Assembly: GCA_023515725.1 (NCBI GenBank)
Contig: JALDTO010000155.1
Span: 345,147-409,146, forward strand
Length of the DNA: 64,000 nt
From: Amoeboaphelidium protococcarum X5
Taxonomy: Eukaryota; Fungi; Aphelidiomycota
Direction: 5' to 3'
Shown here: positions 1-13,072 of the stretch, piece after piece
How positions within the stretch are numbered: position 1 is the stretch's first letter
How the letters are laid out: the number at the start of each line of letters is the position of its first letter
Notes under the pieces: generated by a model
The model's database searches: none
What the model saw: only the letters and a program-made list of their open reading frames with translations
What the model was told of the DNA's origin: nothing
Program-made: the position numbers and the translations under genes

Positions 1-842
1 ACAAGGAGCAGAGTCATATGAGTCCAGAAGAATTATAAAAACTAAAACTTGTAATGGCCCTTCTTGAGATTAGTCACAAAGAACATTATGCCAACACAAT
101 AGAACAGATAAGAGTAGAAGCGATGGTGTGTAGCTAGAGACTATAGAAATGCATCTTGTATCACGTAGTCATTAAAGAAGTTGAACGCCGTCTCTCCATA
201 CAGGTAGTAATTGGTAACCATTAGGAAATACCAATTGATAAGTCTGAACCAAGGCAACTTCTTCTCTTTAGAAGGCACCCAGGCAATAGATATAACTTCC
301 TTAAACACCAGCGTACTAACACCCACTATCAACAGAATTATAGCCATAGGACCGGAGCAGATTATCACAGCGAACGTGCTCAGCATGATCACAGTCCAAA
401 CAGTGCGCGTCCACCAGTTCTACCATCGAGTCTACTGCGGCATCTCAGTCAGTAGGGGACCATACATCTCGGTATTCTTACTACTCACACCATTCCGATT
501 ATTATTATTATTATTATGAGCCGGCAGATTGAACTTGGAGCTGGAGGAGCGGGGAATACTTTAAACAACCACTTGACCGTCTTTACCATTCGCCGTGTAG
601 CCTTATTCATCGAGATCATTATTGTTGTTGACTCGTCGCTTCAATATCTATCCATGCAACTATGACTTTTCATGAACTGAGCTGTATACCGCATCACCAT
701 CACCATCATCATAATAATCTTCTTCATCTTCAGTGGAAGTATACGGGATGAACTTCTTATCCACAGCGACCGCCTTCTTCCGCCTACTCACCGAGGGACT
801 CTTTGCTCTAAGCGGTGACTCTACTTGAGACTTCCTAGGCAT
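1..842 (-). CDS. CDS1: Phosphatidate cytidylyltransferase (CDP-DAG synthase), 5' part; runs off the window start
   Basis: ORFs 660..842 and 141..392 share one frame and join when TAG=Q; motifs RWQNWWTRT and LPWFRLINWYFL..NYYLYGE. Confidence 0.9.
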
Positions 843-1238
843 TACTTAAACTTGCTTGATACCTCAAAAAGTATAAAACAGACCAGAAAGTTGAATTTAT
901 AATCAGCGACTTTAATGAAATTCGCAAAATTAGTAAGGGCAAAGAATACTACAGTAGTTCACTCAGAGTTGTTGAATGTTGTGGAATAGCCGCGCGATAC
1001 AAAGCCACGCTTTCAATTCAATCAGCTCAGTCAACAAACTCAATAAAGACGACGCGTAAATTCAATTCAATGCGAGAGAGAACGAGAGAGAAAGCTCAAT
1101 AACACGCAGCTCTTCCTTCATTCATCCCTTTACTTTGGAACTCTCTTTTCGTAATTTAATACAGAGAATAGAATCTTTTTTTGTGGTATTTATTCTATAT
1201 AAAAGTATATTTATTCAATTATAATTAGATAAGAAGAA

Positions 1239-2020
1239 ATGACGACGATTGAGGAGCTGAATAGAGAGTTGCTACTGCTGCCTTAGTATAGACGATTTAT
1301 TGCGGAGGAGCCGTATATGAAGCCAAAGAGGAAGGAAGTTATGAAGAAGTTTATTCATAAGGTTAAATATGGCACTGATGGTAGCATTATAGAAGGTGCT
1401 GATGAGTAAGATGATGTTGAGGCGGAAGGGATTTCGAATAACCAAGATAATGCAGCGGAGTCTCATGAAAGTATTTAAATGAAGAGTGACGATAAATAGT
1501 AGACTACACTTGAGTAAAAGAAGATTAAACTATAGTCATCGTCACAGTAATAAGAAAGTCAAAACTAATAGAAATTGGATGATAATCATGCCGATGAAGA
1601 ATTAGAGGATGAGGATAATGATAGTGATGATGGCAAATTGTCAGAAGATATAAAGAAGGAGACTGTGGAATCTATAATGAAAAAGATTGAAGAGTTACAG
1701 GAGAAGAAGCATTAGTATTTTGATATGTTTAGAAAGATGTTGAAAACTACGTCTTCTGATAATGTGGCTGCTTAAGCTTCTACTGCCGCATCCGATTCTG
1801 TGATAAGATCTGATCGAGAACGGTCATAGACGCCGTCAGTGGCGCATATTCCACATTCTGGTACTCTGCCTCAATCATAGAAGCCTCTTGCTGGTGACAC
1901 TGCTACTAGTGGTGGTGGTGCTGGTGGAGATAAAGTCCAAGGTTGGGCTGGAGATTCTGTTCCATCTACTCCGAAAGTTGATAATGCTCTGGATGGTCAA
2001 GAGTCTGAGTTTGGAGATTC

Positions 2021-2065
<45 letters not shown>

Positions 2066-3449
2066 ATATCAGTAGTATCCTTACTAATAGTATTAACAGA
2101 AATAGTACTTGAATCGTCCTGTACTCGGATACCGAAAGCCCAATTAGTGGTATTAATAGTAGCAGTCTCAGTATTATGGTGGTTACTATCGGCCGTAGTC
2201 ATAATAGCAATAGTAGTAATAATAACAATAGAGACCTCTGTATGGAAAGCCTGGATATTTATAACGTCCTGCATATGCTGTCAGACCTCCTGCTGATTCA
2301 GCCTCTGCTGGGGGTAATCCCAATGTGTAGAATTAACAATATTCCTCGTAATAGCGTCAATAGCAATAGTATTCATAAGGTTACAAGTCACGTAGTGTAT
2401 CCAGAGATTAGAGATCTGCTTCTATAGCTCCTAGCGTTTATGGACAGGAGACTACTGATCAATAGTAGCAGACTCAACAGAGTCAATCTCAATAACCTTA
2501 GTCTTAGTAGCACTAGTAATAATTATAGTAGTAGGAGCCGCGCCCACCTGGTTATGGTAGATACGGCCAATATCTGCGTCCAAATTTCTCTAGACGTCCA
2601 CCTGCAGTTATGGGTAGTTAATATCGTCCTGGTTCATAATAGTTTTAGCCTTGGTAGTAACGAGATAAGCAGCAGAATTATCACTCTTAATAATAGTAAC
2701 AGGGAGTTCGCACGAGCGATAGTTCCACTTCTGCTTCCGCTGCTTAGAATGATAACATCGGCATGGACACTGATAGTAATCAGGCTGCAGCAGCTGATTA
2801 ATCTTTCGCTGGATAGCAAAAGCTGTAATAGTCGTAGAATCTGGGAACTACTGGCGCAAGTGGTCAGAGACCTTTTCTTTAGGCACACAATAGAGCACCC
2901 TCTCATCCTACATCTTATTAAAATTATCCATAATCTAGGCCTCCGTATCAAAGACCATCTATGCAACAGAGACCTTATTCACAGTAGTAGTAACAGTCTT
3001 AGTCTTAGTAACAATCATAGTAAAATCCATCCTATGGCTATCGTCAATAGTACTAATAACATCCCACTGCTTCTGCATATAAACAACAGTAATAGTAATC
3101 ATAGTATAATTCGCGTGCTGTTCAGAGAAGTAAGACTACTGATGGTTATTAATCGACATCTACCAACAATTCTGGTGCTGGGGGTTATTAGTAGAATCAG
3201 TATCGTCCTCCACGCCCATAAATGAATTATTAGCGTCCTTAAATGTAAGGTTATCATGGGTAGATTAGAACGGGACTTGTGTAATAATAGCCGTAGCAGT
3301 AACAGCCACCTTAGCAGTAGTAGCAATAGAATGCTAAACCGTTCATGTCCTCCAAGTAAAGATGGAGTTATGATAGTCGAGCATATGGCGCCGGTGGTGC
3401 TAATATTGCCGGCAATGATACTTAGAATAAGAGCGAGGATAAAAGTTGA
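1239..3449 (+). CDS. ~736 aa low-complexity Q/P/S/Y-rich protein with a GPS2-like coiled coil (KIEELQEKKHQYFDMFRKML)
   Basis: ATG 1239 and TGA 3447-3449 in one frame under UAR=Gln; poly-Q from TAG runs; short coiled coil resembles GPS2 LQEEKHQLFLQLKKVL. Confidence 0.65.
2025..2066 (+). repeat. (TAG)13 TAA trinucleotide tract = in-frame poly-Gln (Q14)
   Basis: Read directly; in frame with ATG 1239. Confidence 0.9.
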
Positions 3450-3597
3450 ATTTGTTTTAATATTAAGAAATTTTTGATAATAGTGTGAAGTGATATTAAG
3501 AATTTTACACTCAATTGTCCATTTACAGTAAAAATCATTCGTAACAATCAACAATAGTCATTAAGCGGCATCAATGAGCATGAATTACAATCCCGAT

Positions 3598-4199
3598 TCA
3601 AAAATCTTCCATTTGCTTCAAAGTATGGTCAAGCTCAGCCTTGGTAGCCTCGTACTGCTTCTTCACCTCTTCATACTTTTGACGCAGCAGGTGAGTCTCA
3701 CTTTCCAGCTGGGCAGCTCTGCGCTCATTAGTCTCTGCAGTCACTTCAAACTCACGAATCTGATCATTCAACTGCTTCAGTCTACTCTCCTGATTGTCAA
3801 TAGACTGCTCCAGATCCTCAATCTTCTTATTCAGAGTATCAGGATCACTAGCCAACAGAGCCTGTTACTGAGTCTGAGAAGGACGTTTGTTGCTATTGTT
3901 GTTATTACCACCGCTAAACTTGTGCAACTACTGAATTCTGCTCTCAGCTCTAGCCAAATCTCCTTCTAACAAAACAACCTTATTCTTGACTGAAGTAAAT
4001 TCATGTTCTACAATATTATTAATCGTCGTCAATTAAAATCAAATATGTTATAGGACATGATAATGAATATGCATTGAATACCTTTGTTGGCAATTTACTG
4101 CTCGGACCTTTTCAAATCCTGCTCAGCACCATCAGCTCTGACATTAGCCTCATCAGCCTCAGTGCGCAGAGTGTTCAATCTCTCTTTCAACTTTTCCAT
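3598..4199 (-). CDS. TPM1: Tropomyosin (Cdc8/Tpm-like), 2 exons (intron 4008-4081), ~175 aa
   Basis: N-terminus MEKLKERLNTLRTEADEA typical of fungal tropomyosin; heptad pattern; GT..TGTAG intron restores the frame; TGA 3598-3600. Confidence 0.85.
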
Positions 4200-4624
4200 A
4201 ACGATTTCTATTATAAATATTAGATAACAAGTTATGTTCAATGGACTAAGAAGAAGACGATAAACGGGCCGTTTCAAGTTCAAGTCGACTGAGAGCGAAT
4301 GAAAAGATGAAACACTAAAAGGCAACTTGAAACGGTGTCTCTGCGTGGAGAAAAATCAGATTTACTTTAAATGGAATCGCTACCGCATTGCTGCACTGTA
4401 CAGATGAGAATAAATAGAGAACATAAACGCTCAATTGAGTGCGATTGAGTAATTTAAACGAAAGGAACTCTCATTATTTAACGTGAGTGAGAGAGATGGG
4501 AGTTGTGTGTTTCAAATAAACTGAAACGAAAGTAAAAGAGACTTACAATACTAGCATTACTTTAATAAATTTACAATTTCCCTTCAATTATATACAAACG
4601 AGCGTATTAAATAATACATAAATT

Positions 4625-6025
4625 TCAGCAAGGTCGACTAGATAGAAGATGGAGAGCACTGATGGCATCCAGTTCATTCTCGTCCATAGACTTTACTATG
4701 CTTTGAGATACGCGCTCATCTTGTAAAGGTAAGTATTAGATAGCGGAAGAAGGTAGAACATCAGTACTGTTGTTTTTAAACTGTCTGTATGACTGTCCTC
4801 GTACACGGCGACTACCAATTGGATTCAGTTAAGTTTTCGCGCGAACACGCCCATTGCTATCAGTCACAGCTCTCTTCATCGACTTACTAGTTGATCTAGA
4901 GCTTCCAATTGACGTATATCTTACATTAAGTAGTGCCATCATATTTGGTCTACCTTCATGATGCCAAGAGCTGGATCTCTTTCTCTTGTGTCCTTCACTG
5001 TCACAGCAGCTTGAAACAGTGCATATGCGACTGTGTACAGACACTGATGGAGTGGAGTCAGAGATAGACGGCTATGTATCAGAACCATCACGCAAAGATT
5101 TTACAGAATCCATCGTAGCTGGCATAGATAACGGAGGAAGTTCCTGCTTTATAGCAATAATACCATTGCCGTCATTTACAGCGCTTTTACGCGCCAATGC
5201 GGTACTTAGCCCTTTAAATAATCCATGACTTCCCAAGTACGAGCGGAACACAAACTCTTTCAGGCGTGGCAACTGATTAACAAGATTATACTCACCCTCG
5301 TGATAAATAACATCATACAGACGTACCATGGGAATGCAAACGGTTGCATCTCCATCATAAACAAACTCAGATCCATTTTCAGACGAATCAACAGGCTTCA
5401 CAGGTTGAATTTTGACAAATTGCATTTGACTCAACTCATACAATTACAGAACAAGGCCAGATTTTAGGGATTATAGAAGCGACTTATCGCTGTATCTACC
5501 GCCACTTCCAAAAGCAGTAGGTACCGAAGACGCCGTAGTTGTTCTGGATCGCGACCCATTCAAGTAGCTCTTGTGAGATGCCGCCTGCACAGTCAATGAT
5601 CTAATGCGAATATTACTATGCTTACCATCATCAGATCCAGTGTCCATCTCTTCAAGTTGATTCAACGAAGTGACTGATCGCTTGTGACTGAAACCAAAAT
5701 TATTCGCAACGCTACCGCCATATTGGACAATGTCCCCAACTTGGACAACAGCCTCATTCGCCAAAACTATAGATTAAGGATACTTTGTAAGTTATTCACC
5801 AGCACCCAACTGTTATTGTTATTAATATGGGAGTACCATTTTGTGACAGCGATGCTGCTGACTGACGCCACTCGCACCGTCGGCAATTTCCACGGGTAGC
5901 CATGACATTGACTTGCTGATTGACGGCAGTTGAACAGAGGAAACAGGCTTTCGGGACCAAGGATGCGGAGACGCTCTTGAGGATTCCGTAGGAGTTGGAA
6001 GACTGTGAATGGCGGCAAAATTCAT
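4625..6025 (-). CDS. Hypothetical ~466 aa Ser-rich protein, C-terminal DAISALHLLS motif (possible transcriptional regulator)
   Basis: Four track ORFs (5822..6040, 5471..5764, 5072..5443, 4829..5044) are in one frame separated only by TAR; ends at TGA 4625-4627. Confidence 0.7.
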
Positions 6026-6636
6026 AGCGACAAGATTCAAAAAAATTTAACTATTAAGCTTGGAGAAGTGTAAAGCGGGAGAGTGTAAACGATATCGGCA
6101 ACGGGTGATGTTAAGGGCAGTGTAATCACCCGTTCGTCGGTCGTGAGTGAATCAGATATCAACACCGACGTTTTTTCCTGATGGGAATTGATCAGAGCCG
6201 AGCCCCGTTCGTGCCACATCATCGGTGAAACGAGTTGTGACTATTGACGTATTTTCTAAAGATGTGGCAATTATTGAAGTCGATCATTTTATGAAAAATT
6301 TTGAAGCATATACTGTAGCTGAATGGAAAGCCAAATCATAAAAGCGATAAGTAAAAGTTCCCTCGTTTACTCGGAGTGACTCAATCATACTTTTAATCTG
6401 AGATAGTAGTAGATCTTTTGACAATTTGGTTGCAGTTTTCAGCTTGTCGACCATAATTCAGCGAATGTATCATTACTCAATACTTGATGTTGGTTGAAGC
6501 GCTCTCCTTCCATGTGTTACCGCGTTTGTTAGCTTTTCTCGCTTCCTTCTGCACACCGTCCTGTCATGCGTTGCTCGCACATTCTGCGTTCAATCTTTCT
6601 TCGTCATTCATCAATATTGCTGGAGCACTGTACAAA

Positions 6637-6966
6637 ATGAGTTCAATTATAGGTAGATTGACTAGGCTAAGGGCTTAGTATTTCCCAAAGCTTCCAAAGC
6701 CTGACGTAAAAAATCCTGCTAGTAGGTAGCATTAAGAATATCTGGCCTACTTCCCTAAACATGCTAAGGAGAACGGCTGGGCACCTACAGAGTCTAATCC
6801 ATATCATCCTTTCCATCTGCCTGCATCGTGGTAGGGGACTTATGCCACTGTTCTTGGTGGAGTTTTTTGGTTCTGGATTATGTATCGCTGGAAGCAAGAT
6901 TCTGCATTTGAAATATTCAACATTATCCCTTTTGAAGATGAGGAGTAGTCATCTGGTGAACATTGA
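6637..6966 (+). CDS. NDUFB2: NADH dehydrogenase 1 beta subcomplex subunit 2 (AGGG), 109 aa
   Basis: ATVLGGVFWFWIMYRWKQD signature; presequence-like N-terminus; not called by the ORF track; TGA stop. Confidence 0.8.
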
Positions 6967-7315
6967 CAATATACTAAAATATAATCCTGATTATACCTGC
7001 AAACTAGGAATATTAATGCTTATAATCGCGTTCTCATTGTGATTTTAGATAATCCGCTTGCATTCTATAATTTTGCTGGGCTTTGGACGTGTATGTGCAT
7101 TACCGTTCCACGTAGTAGTACACAAATTGCGCTCTCGCAGTTTGATTCAAATCATTCAATTGCTGCAGAACTTGCTAAAGTTACTAACAACGACAACATT
7201 TCTTGTTTCACGACAACATTTCTCATCTTCCTCTCTCCTCGATCTATCGACATCGTTTCAGCTGGACTGTTCTTCTTCTATACTATAACGTCCTCCGTAA
7301 CTTGCAAGATTTGAC

Positions 7316-9326
7316 ATGAAGTAATAAGTTGCTTGTGCACAGGTATGTTATTATTTCATTTAAATGTCTTAACACCCATCTATTTGTAGTAATAACGCGT
7401 GAGAACAGAGTAATAACAAGTTACAAAGCAAGAGTCTCTTACTATTTGCAAAGATTTGATCCACGACACCTTCAGTTGCGTCTCGTATTTACGGTATGAT
7501 TATTCTCAAGTCATTTGATCAACATCATCATCATCATTTTGTAGTGGCCTATTTCCTGAAGAAGCATTTGCACGGCATAACATTCAAGATATTGATGCCA
7601 GAAGATTGCGCCGTGGTGTGTCACAGGCAGGTAAGATTGATCAACTTGTTCATCGTTACTCTCTAATCTGAAACGGTTTTTAGTCGACGCGTTGCTTGAT
7701 TGGATTGAAATTGGGTGCTTTGACGCGCTTGAGAATGGCTATGTAAGTTTTATATTTCTCAATTTTGTTTTAATAAGTGTTTATTACTATTCTCTTGTAT
7801 TGTAGTTGAAGTCTATTGTTCTTGGGATATATCTGGATTTGGAGAAGCCTGAGGAATTGGTTGAATGCTACACCTTCGATGTTTCGTATAACCAAGATGG
7901 TAATGCAATGCTGAAACTATCCACTGTAACTGGAGGCTAACTGAATGCTGCTGACAAATCCCTTATCAATGAATTCTCCAATGATCCTGGTAAGACTACG
8001 AAGAATGAAATTGCAAAGAACTTGAAGCAAACTATGCGCAGTATTCTGATGTTGACTTAGACATTGGACCCTTTGCCGGATGGTCGTTATCTGACTATGA
8101 AACTTCTTTACTGGGATGATATCACGCCCGTGGACTATCAGCCGCCATTCTTCAGAGAGGCCACCAGTCATGAATCCGTAGCCAAAGTTGCCGACTATGG
8201 TGGTGGAGTTCAAAAGTGGAGGTTGGGAGGTGTTGAGACTGCTCATCACAAGATTAACATCAAGATGACAACAGCTATCACTGCAGCTGATGATCAAGAA
8301 TCTGAACAGGCTCAAGAAAATGAAAGTGGCAACTAAGAGACTGATATGGTTATTGATAATCCTTAGGATCAGTCAGAAGATGGCGTTGACTAAAGTTTCA
8401 ACGCCGAAGTGGTCCATGAAGAGTCTGTAACTGTTCAAGAGGCTCCTTCCATTTCAACATTGGACGAAGCCAAAGTGGTAAAATGTGGTTGCGGGGATGA
8501 TACTTCTGAAGAAATTATGGTTAAATGCTTGCGATGTGGTAATTATCAACATTATCTTTGTGCTGGATTCGCGTACGAAAGTGACGTTGCTGGTCTGAAT
8601 GATTATCGTTGTCTCCAATGCATATTGGAACCGTATAACTCTCCCGTTTCTATTCAACACTCTGATGAACCGCCAAATGAGGAGGAAGGATAAGTGGATT
8701 GGGCAATGGTAACTGATGTGTGTCGTTACCGTCGCATGTTGGGTATCTTGTGGCGTGATGGATATTCCACTTTGATTGCTTTGCAAGGTCAAATGAATCA
8801 AAACTACAATGTGGTTAAGCGTATTCGTAACATTCTGGTCAATGATGGATTCCTGAAGCTGGTGAGAGGCAAAGGTCGTGACCGTTATGAACTTATCAAG
8901 AATTCCAACACTATGGAAACTAAAGCCACAGTGTATAGCAATAGCGTATTAATGGGCAAGTTGGGAATATCTCTTGAAGTCGACGAAGCTTAGCAGTCTG
9001 TGAATGATGTTGAAGTAAAAAACGAATAACATCGCGATTCTGGATTTGTTGATGTATTGGTTGAAGCATCTCCACCGCCTCCTAATGCACCGTTTGATTT
9101 AAAGTCCGAGACTATAGTTGTGCAGAATGATGATGCCGATGATAATCCTGATCTTCTTGGATAAGCATTTAATGGAGACGAGTATGACTTTGGCTACGGC
9201 GATCAGGCGGTGGAACCAACTCAGCCTATCACCACACTAACATCCACCAGTAAGAAGTCTTCATCCTCCTCTAAGAAGAGACGGTCCAAAAGACCGTCCG
9301 TCTCAAGGTCCACTTTAGCTGTATGA
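7316..9326 (+). CDS. HOP1: Meiotic HORMA-domain axis protein Hop1 (HORMA + PHD + winged helix + basic C-terminal closure-motif-like tail); introns 7343-7389, 7494-7544, 7631-7683, 7743-7805
   Basis: Spliced HORMA motifs SYLRGLFPEEAF, LDWIEIGCFDALENGYLKSIVLGIY, TLDPLPDGRYLTMKLLYWDDITPVDYQPPFF; PHD CGCG..CLRC..HYLC..CLQC. Confidence 0.9.
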
Positions 9327-9413
9327 ATTGCCTAATAGTGAGCGTGAAAGTCCTTAGTGAAAAAAGTATGTGAAGTATCGGTAAAATAATCAATCATTCA
9401 TGCATGGAGATAT

Positions 9414-10508
9414 TCACTTTCTGAACATCCAAATGGGACGCTTCTCGAACGCTTTGCCCTGTGGATTAGCCGCTTTTATCACCTTGCCTTATTTAAAGCC
9501 AACCTCATTAATAAGTATATCCCAGAAAGTGGGCAACTAATACTCATCAGCATCCTCTTTCCATGGTCTCAAGTGCAAATCTTGTTCGGTATACCTCGAA
9601 TGGCTAAAGTACTTTTTATAGGAAGACCAACCTTGTGGCTCGATAATAAACACCCCACCGGGAGATATCATATTGTAGATAGTCTTGAAAAATCGCCTTA
9701 TATCCGCATCACCGCCATACAAATGAATCCATTTCGTGACAGACATGGCCAGTACCGTGTCATATGGTGCATGTGTAAATAATTGACTATTCGACTTTTT
9801 TACCGCTGGAGCAAGTATATCCCAAGCTTCAAAGTAAATGTTATTCGGATATTGGGAAGGACTCTACTGCAGATCAGTATCCATCTAGACCACTTGATCA
9901 TCAGCGATTTAATGCACCTAATCTTACACGATCGGAATTGGTCCAAATAGAATGGGCATAGACAGAGGGAAGTAATTCAAATGATCACCAGTCCCAGTCA
10001 CCATCGCATCTTTATCCAAATCGGAAGAGTCGCGTAATACATCAACTTAGTCCAAGAGATTACTTTAATCAGATGTGACTCTAATCCTGGAAGGCTTCAT
10101 CTAACTAGACTTATTCAATAGATCCCACTAAGCGCGTTTAATCAAATCCGGATCTATATCAATGCCCATAATACACGCTGGCGACATGGAACGCGCAATC
10201 ACATGAGTAAGATAGCCAGTGTTACACCCAACATCCAGCACTTTCATATTCTGAATACATTCTTTAGGCAGGTAGCGGAGTCGTTCATCGCAAGAAGACG
10301 CCTCATATACATCACCAGAATGAATCTTGTGTTACTAATACGGTAGTCGGAATCCATAATACTGAGTATAATTTCCGCGTACATTCGGATTCAGCTCTTT
10401 CCTCTGCTTCTTTGCCTTTGATTGTTGAGATGTAGACTATTGATTGGCAGTGCCAGAGCTGATAGCTGAGGCGTCCAGATTAATTTTCTGTTTTGGTCTG
10501 TACGACAT
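9414..10508 (-). CDS. BIN3: Bin3/MEPCE/Bmc1 RNA methylphosphate capping enzyme, 364 aa
   Basis: GNYTQYYGFR, VLDVGCNTG, GIDIDPDLI, SVTKWIHL, IEPQGWSSY, KRPIWMFRK-TGA in a single frame. Confidence 0.9.
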
Positions 10509-11006
10509 TTATACTAAACGTACTGTATATATTTTTTAAGCAGTTTACTTTTTGAGCAAAATAACAGGAAAATGAAAAGATATTGCAAGTTGGAAATTTC
10601 GACTTGACTCCTTAAATATCTTGAGAATTGGCTAAGCTCTGTGTCGCAGTGGTAAATGTTAACACGTTATTTCATTCTACAATGTGGGTAGAATCAAAGC
10701 GTAACACTGAACGGTATGAAGAAAGTGAATCTTCATTCAAACATAATAAGCTCCTTAATAAGAACATTAAATGGTGATTAAGACGCACTCATCCACAGTG
10801 TGAGGGGCACGATTAATAATTTCCTGATTGCGCGCGTGACACGAATCAGAAAATTCAAAGTTTCTCGTTGGAGCCACGGCGTGGGGGTCTGTCTTCCTTA
10901 CTTCCGTGTAGTCATTTATAATCCCTGTTTCGCATTCGTAAAAAGATCAATTAATTGTCTCTTTATTTTCTCAAATAATAAAATAAGATTAGACGATTGA
11001 TATTGG

Positions 11007-12959
11007 ATGATTGAGTTTACTCTTATTGGACTTATAGCGGGATTGATCGTTGGCAGTTCATTCTCTCTGGTGATTCCCAGATTGCCGTTCATCACTGGAT
11101 AGATTAATACTTTTACTAGTGCGTTGTCTGCACTATTTGTTATCGCGTTATGCAGTTTTTATGGATTATTTATACTGGATTTACAGTAAGACGATTCTGG
11201 CTCTCAATGGTTTATAATTAATGTGCCAGATTTCATCTCTCTCCATGCAGTACTCGTATCTGCATGTTCTCTCTTCCTATACATCTCTATGGTACAATTG
11301 TCTCTGTAGAGGCTGAGTTATAGTATTGTATATCCTCTTTGTTTCACCATAGCTTTAACATCTGCGCCGTGGATTTACATTCTCCTTAGGTATATTTTGA
11401 ATGATGATAATGCGAGTTTCATTGAGATAGATGAGAATTTCACTGATCAAGTCCATCTTCCCACTCTAATATCGTCAGCGATTGCTATAATCAGCTGTAT
11501 AATTGGTGCTTTGGTATCTTAAATACTTCCGGATCTGGTTTATTATCCTTACACTGTATTATCTTACGCGTCTGCCTGCTCTTCACTGGAGGCTAGTAAT
11601 TTAACTGGGGGTAATGACGCGTCATCTCTGCATGGTGATGATGAGCAGATGCCTCAGATAGACAATAGACGTCGATCTGGTAGTACTGGCTCTTCTACTA
11701 CATCATTCGTTACTGCCACATCTACTTAATCTTTACTTGATCATAATGATTTGGAAGACCAGACACTGGACTCATAAGTGTTGATCTTCAAAGAGACATT
11801 GCCTGAGAGTAAATATGGCACTATGCTTCCCAGCTAATACAGAATCCCATCGCTTTACTCCAACATTAATAATGAATCCATCAATGGTCATAATCAAAGT
11901 GTCGAGATTACCTCTGCATCTAATCTCGATTTTGTTAATAACCAAGTTGTATCGCAACATGAGATGCCACAGCTATCATTTATTAATAATAATAATGGTA
12001 GCATCAGCCATACTGGATATACTATCAATCCTGCTCTTACTCAAAGTTTGGAATTTGAAGATGATCGTGGCGGTGTTTAGATAAGACGCGTCATCTTAAA
12101 TCTTTTACTGGGATCGCTGCTGGCAATACTATCTGGAATCTCCCTTGCTGTACTGTTAAGTCATGCGCTTCTTTACAATGATCAGATTGTAGATTAGTTG
12201 GTGCTATTTCCCGGGTAGTAAGACTCTTAATTGTCTATTGCATAAGCTGTGACCCAATTGTCGAAATATTTTATGAACTTGAGTTTTGGATCCTTAACAC
12301 TGGGAGTGGCTTTGTTGCTTATTAAATATATCTTATTAATGGCTATAGAAGTTAAAAGTATCATACTTTCATAACGTGATCATTCTGACTATTAGCAAGT
12401 ACCTGGTGGAAATGTCTTTTCTGCTCCGTCGAACTTATATTCAATTGGTAACAACAATATTAAAAACTTGAATATTAAAAGTATTGCGTGTGGAATTGTA
12501 TTTGGACTGATCACATTTGGATGGTTCTTTGCATTGTCTATAGTGCAATGCGTATATGGATTCAAGTATTCAATATCTTCTCTGATCGTCTCCATACCGA
12601 GCGGCATAGTATTGTGGTCAATGTTCTACCTGCGAGACGTTAACTCCATGTCCTCTCCTCTCGAGATTGCTCACACTACCGCAACTGCAGTTAATACTCA
12701 CCATAATGTTGCCTAGTAAATATAGCCACTCTCTGCTGACGATCAGTAGACACTTTGCGATCAATCTGGTACTCCATCATAAAGCTAATATCGTGTATTG
12801 GGATCAAGTGATGGAATGAGATAATCTCCACCTCGCCGTACTAGACTAAATGCTAGATTGAAGTTGGGAAGATCCTTCTGTGATATGCGTCTACTCCACT
12901 TGTTCTTTATCTGTGCCCTCTCTTGCTCTCTCCTCTCTTACTATTACTCGATTGTCTGA
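11007..12959 (+). CDS. ~650 aa multi-pass membrane protein with a large central loop (DMT/ureide-permease-like)
   Basis: Single frame from ATG 11007 to TGA 12957; two clusters of hydrophobic helices; family assignment tentative. Confidence 0.65.
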
Positions 12960-13072
12960 TGATTTATAATGATTTTATTATTATCATCGACTTTAACTTT
13001 GTATACTAATAAAATTCATATTTAGGAAACTAGACTAGACATTAAGTAATTGCATTTTATTATTCTTATTGA

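Noticed and set aside
1888-3554. Track ORFs rich in poly-Ser/Asn/Thr/Leu (e.g. 2440..3225)
   Set aside because: Off-frame or antisense shadows of the TAR-encoded Q-rich gene 1239..3449
6284-6454. 56-aa minus-strand ORF (MVDKLKTATK...)
   Set aside because: Short, no recognisable family, lies in a divergent promoter region
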